Made by a program: the position numbers and the translations under genes
In this document: positions 17,620 through 26,906 of the stretch, in pieces
How the letters are laid out: each line of letters begins with the position of its first letter
Position numbering within the stretch: the first letter of the stretch is position 1
The notes under the pieces: model-generated
Database searches by the model: none
What the model was told of the DNA's origin: nothing
What the model saw: the letters and a program-made list of their open reading frames with translations, nothing else
Assembly (NCBI GenBank): GCA_963205105.1
Contig: CAUJJW010000337.1
Location: 5,909 to 69,908 of the forward strand
From: Verrucomicrobiota bacterium
GTDB lineage: Bacteria; Verrucomicrobiota; Verrucomicrobiia; Limisphaerales; CAIMTB01
Direction: 5' to 3'
Length of the DNA stretch: 64,000 nucleotides

Positions 17620-19307
17620 TAGCGCCGACAAAACCGGGTGATGGTGTCGGTGGTGTGCTCCAGCATGGCGTCGGTGAGGCCCGGATAGACGCCGATGAAG
17701 ACGGATTCGTTCATGATGCGATCCGCGCCTGCCAGATCGCCAACGACCCGGAACGCGGAGGGGTTGTCGCGTCGGAGCTGAACAAACGCAGGCTGCCGAA
17801 GCAGATTCCCTCCGAAGAGCATGCGGTTGCCGATTTTGGCGGCGTCGAGGGCCCGGGCGAAGTCGCGGCGTGAGAACGGGGCGTCGGGTCGGACGCGCAT
17901 CATGAACCCGAACCAGCTGGGGGTGGTGCGGTGGCCGGATGTGTCCCAGGAAAATCCCTGAGCGGGGCTCCAGCCGGTGGCATGGGTGGGCAATTGGAAC
18001 TCGAGCACACCCTCGAGCGGTGCAAGCTCGGTGCGCAGGCGGTTCCAGGTCTGGCTGCGGGCCTGGACGAAGGCCGGGAGTTTACGCAGTTGGGCCCGGC
18101 CGATCGCCGCCTGGGGGTCCAGGGGCTTCAAGTTATAGCCGAGGTGGCTGTAGATGTATTTGTGGTCGTAGCCCTCGGGGAGTTCGCCGAGCTGCCAGCC
18201 AAAGCGCTTGTTGCAGGTGTTGTCCTTGCCGCTGGGGCACCAGCAATCACGGCCCCAATCGCGGAAACTCTCGACGAGGGGTTTCAGGCGGGATTCGCGG
18301 ACGATGCTGACGGCGCCGCCTTCCCCGAGCGTGAGGTGATGAGGAGGGTAAAACGACTGAGTGGAAAGGTCGCCGAACGTCCCGGTCAGGCGGTCGTCGT
18401 AGCGACTGCCGAGGGCATCGCAATTGTCTTCGATGAGCCAGAGCTGATGGCGGCGGCAAAACTCGGTGACGGTCGCGAGTTCGAAGGGATTGCCGAGCGT
18501 GTGGGCCATGAAGACGGCCTTGGTCTTTCCCGGAACGAAGGCTTCTTCCAGTTGGTCGTGACGGGCGTTGAGCGTGACGGGGTCGTTGTCGATGAACACC
18601 GGCACGAGGCCATTTTGGAGGATGGGTGCGACGGTGGTGGGGAAACCGGCGGCGACGGTGATGATCTCATCACCGGGACGAAGGCGCCGGTCGCCCAGCT
18701 TGTGGCTGGTGAGGGCGCTGACGGCGAGCAGGTTGGCGGAGGAACCGCTGTTGACCAGGAGTGTGCGGCGCACGCCGAGGTAGGCGGCCAGTTCGGTCTC
18801 GAAGGCGTCGCCCTCGGGTCCGAGGGTGAGCCAGAAATCGAGGGTTGCGGAGACCGCGGCTTCGACTTCATGGGTGTCGAAAACGCGACCGGCGTAGGGG
18901 ACGGTGGTCTGGCCCGGCGAGAAGGGGTCGCGTCCGTCGAGTTGATCGCCGGGTCGCTGGTTGGCGTGTTGAAGGCGCGAGAATGAGCGAGTGTGCTGAA
19001 GAGCGATGGCCCGGTGGATTTCGGCCAGTTTGGAGGGGCGAAGGCGGATGGGCTGAGCCGAGAAACCGCTGGTGTGGAGGGTGGTCAGTCGGTCGCTGCG
19101 CACCACCAGCGGCGAAGGCAGCGTGCCCTCGGCGACGTCGGCGGGTGTCAACACCAGTAGGCCGGGTGGCTCCGTCGGTTCGGTCAGAGGTGCGAGTAGA
19201 AGGAAGCCTTGAGCGTCGGGCTCACCCAGCGCGATGGCCTGACTGGCAGCGGAGAGCTCTGGAAGGTTGGGGTTTGGTAGGGCAACGAGCCGGCCGGCGA
19301 GATTCAT
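17619..19307 (-). CDS. rfbH: RfbH/DdhC-like PLP/PMP-dependent CDP-4-keto-6-deoxyglucose 3-dehydrase with an N-terminal extension
   Basis: 'LVNSGSSANLLAVSALTSHKLGDRRLRPGDEIITVAAGFPTTV' and the C-terminal region match RfbH-type proteins. Start set to ATG 19307 (38-nt gap to rfbG); ATG 19388 is the alternative. Confidence 0.75.
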   Translation of the reverse strand: MNLAGRLVALPNPNLPELSAASQAIALGEPDAQGFLLLAPLTEPTEPPGLLVLTPADVAEGTLPSPLVVRSDRLTTLHTSGFSAQPIRLRPSKLAEIHRAIALQHTRSFSRLQHANQRPGDQLDGRDPFSPGQTTVPYAGRVFDTHEVEAAVSATLDFWLTLGPEGDAFETELAAYLGVRRTLLVNSGSSANLLAVSALTSHKLGDRRLRPGDEIITVAAGFPTTVAPILQNGLVPVFIDNDPVTLNARHDQLEEAFVPGKTKAVFMAHTLGNPFELATVTEFCRRHQLWLIEDNCDALGSRYDDRLTGTFGDLSTQSFYPPHHLTLGEGGAVSIVRESRLKPLVESFRDWGRDCWCPSGKDNTCNKRFGWQLGELPEGYDHKYIYSHLGYNLKPLDPQAAIGRAQLRKLPAFVQARSQTWNRLRTELAPLEGVLEFQLPTHATGWSPAQGFSWDTSGHRTTPSWFGFMMRVRPDAPFSRRDFARALDAAKIGNRMLFGGNLLRQPAFVQLRRDNPSAFRVVGDLAGADRIMNESVFIGVYPGLTDAMLEHTTDTITRFCRR

Positions 19308-19345
19308 ACGTGGGCGGTGCGCGAGGCGATCCGGGCGGGAGTTGG

Positions 19346-20470
19346 TTATTTGGCCCAAGGCAGACCCGCTTCCTGGGCGCGGCCGCAAAAGGCCTGGATT
19401 TGGTCCTGAGTTAGCTGGATGGCCTTGGAGGGCTCTTGGGCGTGCGCGACATCGAAGTACCAGCGCAGGGTTTCACGGACGGAATCGGTGAAGGTCCAGA
19501 CCGGGCGCCATCCCAGCAGGGCGTGGGCTTTGTCGATCGACAGGTGAAGCAGCGTGGCTTCGTGAGGGGCTTGGGGGTCGCTTCCGTCGATCCATTCGCC
19601 GGGGACGAATTTCCTGGCTTCCTCGACCAGGTCGTGGACGGAGCGGTTGGAATCGGAGGAGGGGCCGAAGTTGAACGCCGATTCGAGGGGGGAACCGTTG
19701 GCGGGTTGGCGGGCCAGTTGGGCGGCAAGCCAGAGGTAGCCTGAGAGGGGTTCCAACACGTGCTGCCAGGGGCGGGTGGCACGGGGGTTGCGTATGCGAA
19801 GCGGCCGGTTGGCGATCCAGGCCCGGGCGCAATCCGGGACGATGCGGTCCTCGGCCCAGTCACCGCCGCCGATGACATTCCCGGCGCGAGCGCTGGCGAT
19901 GCGGACGGGGTGATTGCGGAAGAAGGATTGGCGCCAGGTCGCGACGGCGATTTCGCTGGCGGCCTTGCTGGCGCTGTAGGGGTCGGCGCCGCCGAGTGGA
20001 TCATTTTCGCGATACCCGAAGAGCCATTCCCGGTTCTCGTAGCACTTGTCGGTGGCCACCATGACGGCGACGCAGGGCTTCTGGAGGGTGCGAAGCGCTT
20101 CCAGGACGTGGATCGAGCCGAGGACGTTGGTCTGCCAGGTGGCGAGGGGTTCGCGGTAGGAGCGTCGGACGAGGGGTTGAGCGGCGAGATGGAAGACGAA
20201 GTCCGGTTGGGATTCGGCGATGACCCGTCGGATGCCGTCGGCGCTGCGGATGTCGCCGAAGATGCTGTCGAGGCGATTGGCGAGCTGGAGTTGGGTGAAG
20301 AGGGAGGGATCGGTTTCGGCTGGAAGTCCGAGGCCGGTGACGTTGGCTCCCAGGCCGAGCAGCCATTCACAGAGCCAGGAGCCTTTGAACCCGCTATGCC
20401 CGGTCACGAGGACCCGTTTGCCGGCGTAGGTTTCGGCAAGGGGAGCTGGAGCGGAGAGAGTAGCGGTCAC
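19346..20470 (-). CDS. rfbG: CDP-glucose 4,6-dehydratase
   Basis: 'GKRVLVTGHSGFKGSWLCEWLLGLGANVTGL', an SDR YxxxK core, ~370 aa. Confidence 0.9.
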   Translation of the reverse strand: MTATLSAPAPLAETYAGKRVLVTGHSGFKGSWLCEWLLGLGANVTGLGLPAETDPSLFTQLQLANRLDSIFGDIRSADGIRRVIAESQPDFVFHLAAQPLVRRSYREPLATWQTNVLGSIHVLEALRTLQKPCVAVMVATDKCYENREWLFGYRENDPLGGADPYSASKAASEIAVATWRQSFFRNHPVRIASARAGNVIGGGDWAEDRIVPDCARAWIANRPLRIRNPRATRPWQHVLEPLSGYLWLAAQLARQPANGSPLESAFNFGPSSDSNRSVHDLVEEARKFVPGEWIDGSDPQAPHEATLLHLSIDKAHALLGWRPVWTFTDSVRETLRWYFDVAHAQEPSKAIQLTQDQIQAFCGRAQEAGLPWAK

Positions 20471-20483
20471 GGGAACGGGACGG

Positions 20484-21266
20484 TCACCAGACTTTCCAGG
20501 GGGCCTTGCCTTCGGACCAGAGCCCGTTGAGGTAGGTCATCTCCTGGTAGGTGTCCATGGGCTGCCACCAGCCCTCATGCTTGTAGGAGTGGAGTTGACC
20601 GTCGTCGAGGAGGTTTCCGATGGGGCCTCGTTCGAAGGCGACGGTGGGGTCGTCGGGGAGGTACTCGAAGATCTTGTGTCCGCAGACCATGAAACCGCCA
20701 TTGACCCAGACGGCTTCCACCTGGGGTTTTTCGTGGAACCGGTGGATTTGGCCGTCTTCATGGAGCGCCATCATGCCGAAGCGACCGGCGGGGTGGACGG
20801 CGCTGATGGTGACGATGCGTCCGGCTTTTTCGTGGGCGGCGATGCTGGCGTTGATGTCGATATTGGAGAGTCCATCGCCGTAGGTCATGAGGAACGGTTC
20901 ACCGGGCTGAAGGTAGCGGCGGATCTGGCGGAGGCGATGGGCGGTCTGAGATTCCAGGCCGGTGTCGGCGAGGGTCACGGACCAGTCCTCCTCTTCGTGG
21001 TGATCGTGGAACTTGGCTCCGGGTTTGCGGCCGAGCGAGATGGTGACGTCGCAGCGGTTCCAGAGGTAGTTCCGGAAGTAATCCTTGATCATGTCGCCCT
21101 TGTACCCGAGGCAGAGGATGAAATCCCGATGCCCGTGGTGGGCATAGTATTTCATAATGTGCCAGAGGATCGGCTGGCCGCCGATGGGGACCATGGGTTT
21201 GGGGCGGAACTCGGTCTCCTCGCGGAGCCGGGTGCCTTTGCCACCACAGAGAATCACGACCTTCAT
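20484..21266 (-). CDS. rfbF: Glucose-1-phosphate cytidylyltransferase
   Basis: 'MKVVILCGGKGTRLREETEFRPKPMVPIGGQPILWHIMKYY' from ATG 21266. Confidence 0.9.
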   Translation of the reverse strand: MKVVILCGGKGTRLREETEFRPKPMVPIGGQPILWHIMKYYAHHGHRDFILCLGYKGDMIKDYFRNYLWNRCDVTISLGRKPGAKFHDHHEEEDWSVTLADTGLESQTAHRLRQIRRYLQPGEPFLMTYGDGLSNIDINASIAAHEKAGRIVTISAVHPAGRFGMMALHEDGQIHRFHEKPQVEAVWVNGGFMVCGHKIFEYLPDDPTVAFERGPIGNLLDDGQLHSYKHEGWWQPMDTYQEMTYLNGLWSEGKAPWKVW

Positions 21267-21331
21267 GATTGCAGCGCTGCGAGGCGTGAGCGTGCCGTGA
21301 GGCATGGCGTCACGGCAATGGAGAAGGCAGC

Positions 21332-22252
21332 TCAGGGTTGGCGACGGCGGCCGTGGAAAAAGAGGCGCTTGAGGAACCACCACCAGGCTTGGGGTTGCCT
21401 CAGGGCGTGGAGATTGTCCCGAATGTAGCGGATCGGGTGCCGGGTGATCTTGCGCACGAGCTCGCGTCGAATGTGTTCGATGGCCAGCTCCGGACGGAGT
21501 TCCGGCACATCGAACTGGCCGCGAAGCCAGCCCAGGTATTCGAGCCAGCTCCGTTCCAGGTCGGTGGGCCAGACGGCGTCGACTGCCGGGGCGCGGCTGT
21601 CGCGGACCTGAATCGTGGGAAACGCCGCGACCTGGATGGCGCCACCTTGCTGCTGAAGGCCACGAGCCATGCCGTACATGTGCAGGAAATCGGTCGCCTC
21701 CTTCTCCTTGGCGAAGATCCGATCAAAGGCATTGGCCCGGTAGATGTTGGAGCTGGTCAGGGTGTGCTCGACGAGGGCGTGCGTGTGGACCCGTGCACAT
21801 TCGCGGATGTAATCACGATAGGTCGCAAACCGGGCGGGGCGCTGGATACGAGGGTTGTAGCGCGTGTCGAAGTGGATCAGCAGGCTGAGTGCCGGGTCGT
21901 CGCGCAGTGTTTTCAAGGAATGCGCAAGGCCGCCGGGAAGCAGGAGGTCGTCGTCCCCGATGATCCACAGATACTGGCCAGCGGCGTGATGGACGAGCTT
22001 ATGGTAGTTGCCACGGGCCCCGATGTTCTCCTCGTTGCGCCAGTATCGCAGGATCGGAAGCCGAGCCGCGACGGACTGGGCCAATGTGCCGGTGTCATCG
22101 GTGGACGCGTTGTCCGAGACGAGGATTTCGAGGCCGCATTCGGCCACGATGGGTTCGCGGGCCTGGACTTCCAGGGCCTCGAGCAAATCGCGCAGGTATC
22201 CGGCGCGATTGCGCGTGGGGATGCCGATGGTCAGGAGCACACGTTCCATCAA
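21332..22252 (-). CDS. Family-2 glycosyltransferase
   Basis: 'LTIGIPTRNRAGYL', 'VSDNASTDDT' and 'IIGDDD' GT-A motifs. Confidence 0.8.
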   Translation of the reverse strand: MMERVLLTIGIPTRNRAGYLRDLLEALEVQAREPIVAECGLEILVSDNASTDDTGTLAQSVAARLPILRYWRNEENIGARGNYHKLVHHAAGQYLWIIGDDDLLLPGGLAHSLKTLRDDPALSLLIHFDTRYNPRIQRPARFATYRDYIRECARVHTHALVEHTLTSSNIYRANAFDRIFAKEKEATDFLHMYGMARGLQQQGGAIQVAAFPTIQVRDSRAPAVDAVWPTDLERSWLEYLGWLRGQFDVPELRPELAIEHIRRELVRKITRHPIRYIRDNLHALRQPQAWWWFLKRLFFHGRRRQP

Positions 22253-22988
22253 GGTCCGCGTGCTCTAGCACAGCCCCCCGCGGTGGGGATACGGGGTTTG
22301 TTCCGGCGCCGGGGGGGCGGCCCGCGCCTCGCAGGGTGAGCAGCAGTCCGGCACCCAATCCAATGCCTGCCAGCACGGTGGAGGACTCCGGAATCGGGGC
22401 GACAACCACTTGGGTGACCGAGACGTCATCGATGATCGTGTTGTAGCTTCCCTGGGTGGCATCGTAGATGCGGAGCAGCGTGCTGGACCCCGTGGCCACA
22501 AAATCAAAGGCCGCCTGATCCCAGTCGAGGTAGTCGTACAGCGGTTCGGACCCTCCGGCTCCCGAGCCGTGCGCCACTTCGCCGATCAGGCTGCCGTCGA
22601 TAAGGACCTGGGTTTGCGAGGGACCGCCATTGCCATCGCTGGAATAGGCAAAAGAGACCCGATAAGTCTTCCCAACTTCTGTCGGAAAGCTCTGCTCGGC
22701 CCAAGCCGCATATTCTGGGTTATTGCCGTCCAGAGAGAGCGCCAGGTTGCCCTCGAAGGCGTTGAAGCCCGGTTTGGTCAACCACCAGACGAACGCCCAA
22801 CCACCATCATGCCCGATGGTCCAGCTGGTGATGTCGGTGGCGCCGCTGCCCAAATACATGCGGTCCTGGTACCCGTAATTCCCATTGATGAAGTTGCCGC
22901 TCTCAAAGCTGCCGTTCTGAAGCAGGTTGGCTGACGCTGGAACGGTCAAGCCGGCTAGAGCCAGGAGGGGAAGGACGAGAGTTTTCAT
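22095..22988 (-). CDS. Secreted DUF642-like carbohydrate-binding protein with a PEP-CTERM anchor (3' end anomalous)
   Basis: Signal peptide, 'LLQNGSFE' start, and C-terminal 'PIPESSTVLAGIGLGAGLLLTLRGAGR'. The ORF then reads ~75 codons further and overlaps the GT2 start by 158 nt. Confidence 0.65.
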   Translation of the reverse strand: MKTLVLPLLALAGLTVPASANLLQNGSFESGNFINGNYGYQDRMYLGSGATDITSWTIGHDGGWAFVWWLTKPGFNAFEGNLALSLDGNNPEYAAWAEQSFPTEVGKTYRVSFAYSSDGNGGPSQTQVLIDGSLIGEVAHGSGAGGSEPLYDYLDWDQAAFDFVATGSSTLLRIYDATQGSYNTIIDDVSVTQVVVAPIPESSTVLAGIGLGAGLLLTLRGAGRPPGAGTNPVSPPRGAVLEHADLDGTCAPDHRHPHAQSRRIPARFARGPGSPGPRTHRGRMRPRNPRLGQRVHR

Positions 22989-23113
22989 TCCTTGGGGTGG
23001 GTTTGGAATCGGTGAAAGTGTTATGGGATTTTCTTAAGGAGTTTGGCGACGCTAGGTGTTTCGGTTCACGAGTCAAGAGGCCGATTGTGAAATGCGCCGG
23101 CGTGCTGATTGGT

Positions 23114-24316
23114 TCAAACCTCGCCGATGTGGTGGATCGCTTCCTGGGCGACGGTGGCGCCGATGGCGAGGGAGGCGGTGGCAGCGGGGGACGGGGCGTT
23201 GCAGATGTGGATCACGTTGCCGTCGATGCGGATGTCGAAGTCGTCGAGCAAACGGCCTTCCCGGTCACAGGCCTGGGCTCGAATCCCCGCTCCGCCGGGG
23301 TCGAGGTCGGCGGCGGTGATGTCGGGGATGAGGCGTTGAAGGGCCCGGACAAAGGCGGCCTTGCTCCAGGATCGGCGGAATTCGCCGAGTCCGGTGCGCC
23401 AGTATTTGCGGGCGACGATGCGAAATCCGGGCCAGGCGAGGGTTTCGAGAGTGTCGCGGAGGTGGAAGTCCGTTTTCCGATAAGCTTCCCGACCAAAGGC
23501 GAAGACGGCGTTGGGGCCGCATTCGATACCGCCACGGATCATCCGGGTGAAGTGGACGCCCAGGAAGGGGAAGGCGGGGTCTGGAACGGGGTAAATGAGG
23601 TTGCGGACGAGATGATGGGCGGCGGGTTTGAGCACGTAATACTCGCCGCGGAAGGGTGTGATGCGCAGCGGCAGGTCGGGATGGGTGAGGCGGGCCACCC
23701 GATCGGAGTGCAGGCCGGCACAGGTGACGAGCACCCGGCCGGTCCAGGTGCGATGGGCACTGGCCACCTCGATGGCGGTGTCCTTGCGGCGGATGGCTTC
23801 GATGCGTTGTCCAAAGATGATCTCTCCGCCGAGTTCGCGGATTTTATCGGCGTACTTTTCCGCCACGGCGGTGTAGTCGACGATGCCGGTTTGGGGGACC
23901 CAGAGGCCCTGGATGCCGGTGCAATGGGGTTCGATCTCGCGGATTTCGGCGGAGGAGAGGGTACGGAGGCCGGCGAGACCGTTGGCTTCGCCGCGGCGCT
24001 GGAGTTCGGCGAGGCGGGGCAGTTCGGATTCGGAAGTGGCGACCACGATTTTGCCGCAGAGATCATGGGGGATGCCTTCCTTGCGGCAGAAGTCGATGAG
24101 TTGCTGGTAGCCGGTGCGGCAGTTGGCGGCTTTGAGTGAGCCGGGCTTGTAGTAGAGGCCGGAGTGGATGACGCCGCTGTTGTTGCCGGTTTGGTGCCGG
24201 GCGGGGGCGGGTTCCTTTTCGATCAGAACGAGCCGTGTGGCCGGGCGGCATTGGAGGAGGCGAAAGGCGGTGGCGAGACCGACGATGCCGCCGCCGACGA
24301 TGAGGACATCAGTCAT
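23114..24316 (-). CDS. lhgO: FAD-dependent L-2-hydroxyglutarate oxidase/dehydrogenase
   Basis: 'DVLIVGGGIVGLATA', 'NSGVIHSGLYYKPGSLKA', ~400 aa. Confidence 0.8.
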   Translation of the reverse strand: MTDVLIVGGGIVGLATAFRLLQCRPATRLVLIEKEPAPARHQTGNNSGVIHSGLYYKPGSLKAANCRTGYQQLIDFCRKEGIPHDLCGKIVVATSESELPRLAELQRRGEANGLAGLRTLSSAEIREIEPHCTGIQGLWVPQTGIVDYTAVAEKYADKIRELGGEIIFGQRIEAIRRKDTAIEVASAHRTWTGRVLVTCAGLHSDRVARLTHPDLPLRITPFRGEYYVLKPAAHHLVRNLIYPVPDPAFPFLGVHFTRMIRGGIECGPNAVFAFGREAYRKTDFHLRDTLETLAWPGFRIVARKYWRTGLGEFRRSWSKAAFVRALQRLIPDITAADLDPGGAGIRAQACDREGRLLDDFDIRIDGNVIHICNAPSPAATASLAIGATVAQEAIHHIGEV

Positions 24317-24370
24317 GGGAGGGGGCGCTTTTCAAAATGAGGACACGGAGAGGGAGTATGTACCGCGGCG

Positions 24371-24598
24371 CAAGGAATGGAGCGGGCGGCCCTCATCCCG
24401 GCCTTCTCCCGGAGGGAGAAGGAGAAAATGCGCCGCGAGTTTCGAGGGGTTGAGCAAAGCGTTGGCTGGAACGAGTTGATGCGGCTCGCGCGGATGGGGT
24501 TTGAGCGCGGGACGACGGGTGGAGGCGCGACTCCCTCTCCCTCCGGGAGAGGGTCGGGGTGAGGGAGCCGGTTTGCATCCTCGCGATAGCTGGCATGG
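24371..24598. repeat. REP-like mosaic (hairpin modules R2 and R3)
   Basis: 'gagcgggcggccctcatcccggccttctcccggagggagaaggagaa' and 'gactccctctccctccgggagagggtcggggtgagggagcc'. Copies at 33511-33705, 43095-43285 and 44945-45135. Confidence 0.8.
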
Positions 24599-24622
24599 AA
24601 AGGGAAGTTTGGGCGTGAACCG

Positions 24623-25576
24623 TCACGGGGCGCGGCGGCCATAGAAGGTTTTGAGGGCGAAGTTGGCGAGCCAGCGCGGGAAGAAGCGGCTGCCGGCGAT
24701 TTCCGCGGTGCGCCGGCCGGCGTGGCGGAGGAAGGCGGTGGAAAGGAACGGCCAATGGGCGCGGTGACGCAGGACGACGCGGACCATGTCGGGTCCGAAC
24801 CCGCCGAGCAGTCCGCTGGCGCGCAGGCGGGGCAGGACATCGGCGTAGCGCTCGCTTTCGAGCAGGCGGAGCAGTTGATCCATGACTTGGCGGCGGGCGG
24901 AGTTCTGGGCCGAGTTATAGAACGAGGTGGAGAACAGGTTGTAGATCGAAAGGACTTTGGGGGTGTGGCAGGCGCCGTGTCGGAAGCTCACCACCCAGCC
25001 GCCGAAAGCGTCGGTGAACCAGCGCAACTCCGGGATCCAGCCGCCGGCATCCTGTAGCGCGGTTTTCTTGTAGAGCATGTGCTGGCCGGACATGGCGAAC
25101 CGGCCCGTCTGCGCCAACCGCACCAGGTCGTCGGGGTTCAGGAAGCACGAACGGTCGGGCATGGTGACGCCGTGGACCCAGTTGCGGCCCTTGGCTTCGT
25201 CACGCCATTCGGTCATGCCGCTGGCGGCGCCGGCTTCGGGATGCTCGGCCAGGAGCGGGAGCAGATGCTCGAAGAGGCAGGGGAGGACTTCGTCGTCGGC
25301 GGCGGGGAAGCAGACGTAATCGCCCTGGGCCATGTCGAGGCCGCGGTTGAGGGTGAAACAGACGCCGCGGTTCTGTTCATTGCGCACGACTTTGAGCAGC
25401 GGGTGCTGACGGGCGTAGGCCTGCAAGACCTCCAGGCTGTCGTCCTTGGAGGCGTCGTCGATGACGATGACCTCGTGGGGCGGGACGGTCTGGTGGAGGA
25501 GGGCGTCGAGGCAGCGCGGGAGGAACTTTGCGTGGTTGTAATTGGGGACGACGACGGAGGCGCGGGGGAGGCTCAT
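24623..25576 (-). CDS. Family-2 glycosyltransferase
   Basis: 'SVVVPNYNHAKFLPRCLDAL', 'IDDASKDDS', 'PAADDE'. Start at ATG 25576 with an ATGA overlap to the upstream gene. Confidence 0.8.
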   Translation of the reverse strand: MSLPRASVVVPNYNHAKFLPRCLDALLHQTVPPHEVIVIDDASKDDSLEVLQAYARQHPLLKVVRNEQNRGVCFTLNRGLDMAQGDYVCFPAADDEVLPCLFEHLLPLLAEHPEAGAASGMTEWRDEAKGRNWVHGVTMPDRSCFLNPDDLVRLAQTGRFAMSGQHMLYKKTALQDAGGWIPELRWFTDAFGGWVVSFRHGACHTPKVLSIYNLFSTSFYNSAQNSARRQVMDQLLRLLESERYADVLPRLRASGLLGGFGPDMVRVVLRHRAHWPFLSTAFLRHAGRRTAEIAGSRFFPRWLANFALKTFYGRRAP

Positions 25577-26331
25577 GGCGCGGGCTCCCTGGGAGTGAGG
25601 GGTAGGGGTTCGACGCGGCACAATCCTTCGGCAAGGGCGGAGCGGGCCTGGACGAGGCGTTCGGGCGAATCGATGGCGCAGCGGAATCCGTCGAGGGGCA
25701 TGGCGAACAAGCGGCGGGTGGCGACGAGGGGGACGAAGACGTCGCGGGGGAAGTCGGCGGGTTTGCCGGCTGGGATATGGTTGAGCAATTCGGGAGAGGC
25801 GACGCAGATGCCGGAATTGACCCACGGGGTGGACACTCCGGCGCGATGTTCCTCGGTGGGCCGTTCGAGGAACCCGATGATGCGACCTTCGGGGTCCAGG
25901 GTCACGGCGCTGTTGGAGCGGGGTCGGGGGTGAACGAGCAGGGTGGCCAGGGCGTTGCGTTGTTGATGGAAACGAACCAGGGCGGACACGTCATGGTCGG
26001 TGAGGATGTCACCGTACTGGACCAGGAAACAGGGTTCGTCGCGGAAGAAGGCTTCGACCTGTTTCACGCCGCCGGCGGTGCCGAGCAGGGACGGTTCTTC
26101 GGAGTAATGAAGGTGGAGGCCCCAGCGTGAACCATCGCCGAAAGCGCCGCGGATGGATTCGGGGCGGAAGTGGAGGTTGATGGCGACGTCGGTGAAGCCG
26201 TGGGTGCGCAAGTGCCCGAGCAGGTAGGCGAGCAGGGGGTGATCCCCGATGGGGAGCATGGGTTTGGGGATCTCACGGGTGAGGTCGCCGAGGCGGGTGC
26301 CGAAGCCGGCACAGAGGACCATGGCTTTCAT
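25573..26331 (-). CDS. Sugar-phosphate nucleotidyltransferase (HddC/mannose-1-P guanylyltransferase-like)
   Basis: 'MKAMVLCAGFGTRLGDLTREIPKPMLPI' from ATG 26331. ATGA overlap with gmhB. Confidence 0.75.
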   Translation of the reverse strand: MKAMVLCAGFGTRLGDLTREIPKPMLPIGDHPLLAYLLGHLRTHGFTDVAINLHFRPESIRGAFGDGSRWGLHLHYSEEPSLLGTAGGVKQVEAFFRDEPCFLVQYGDILTDHDVSALVRFHQQRNALATLLVHPRPRSNSAVTLDPEGRIIGFLERPTEEHRAGVSTPWVNSGICVASPELLNHIPAGKPADFPRDVFVPLVATRRLFAMPLDGFRCAIDSPERLVQARSALAEGLCRVEPLPLTPREPAP

Positions 26332-26906
26332 GCGACGGAAAGAATCCAGGCGGCGGCGGCCGGCAGGTCCGGGCAAATCCGGTCGGGTTGAAGGTTGGGA
26401 TCCATGGATTCGGTGGTTTCGATGGCGGGATCGCGGTGGCGCCCGGTTTGAACGAGCACGGTGCGGGTGCCGGAACGAGCGCCGGCATGGATATCGGTGA
26501 GGCGATCGCCGATGGTGAAACTGGCGTTCAGTTGGAGGCCGAGTTCGTGAGCGGCCTGAAGGAGCATGCCGGGCGCGGGTTTTCGGCAGGTGCAGGCGAT
26601 GCGGTAGGCGGGGAGGGTGCCGGAAGGGTGGTGGGGGCAGACGTAGAACCGTTCCACCGGAGGGCCTCCAGCGGCCTGGAGGCGGCGGTTGAGTTCCTGA
26701 TGGACCTGCTGGACGTCGGCTTCGGTGGCGAGGCCGCGGGCCACGACGGTTTGGTTGGTGATGACCACGAGATGGAAGCCCGCGTTGGCGAGCGTGGCGA
26801 GGGCTTGGGGAACGCCCGGAAGGACGCGGATTTGATCAGCGCGGATGAGCAGGTGGACGTCTTCGATGAGAACGCCGTCGCGGTCGAGGAACACGGCGCG
26901 GTTCAT
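26328..26906 (-). CDS. gmhB: D,D-heptose 1,7-bisphosphate phosphatase (HAD family)
   Basis: 'AVFLDRDGVLI', 'VVITNQ' and 'YVCPHHP' motifs. Start at ATG 26906 with an ATGA overlap to the NUDIX gene. Confidence 0.75.
   Translation of the reverse strand: MNRAVFLDRDGVLIEDVHLLIRADQIRVLPGVPQALATLANAGFHLVVITNQTVVARGLATEADVQQVHQELNRRLQAAGGPPVERFYVCPHHPSGTLPAYRIACTCRKPAPGMLLQAAHELGLQLNASFTIGDRLTDIHAGARSGTRTVLVQTGRHRDPAIETTESMDPNLQPDRICPDLPAAAAWILSVA

Noticed and set aside
23114-24598. lhgO as a possible mobile insertion, because it sits between glycan clusters and next to a REP mosaic
   Set aside because: A repeat lies on only one side, there are no direct repeats or integrase, and composition is similar to the neighbours.
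24313-24840. Small ORFs translating the repeat clusters (e.g. 24313..24840, 24377..24562, 33501..33890, 42907..43452, 44732..45256)
   Set aside because: The same peptide strings ('PSPGGRGR', 'LPLPPGEGWGEG', 'IPGGETPPSTAGGTPAATEA') recur wherever the DNA repeat occurs, in both orientations and without consistent starts or stops. I interpret these as repeat DNA, not genes.
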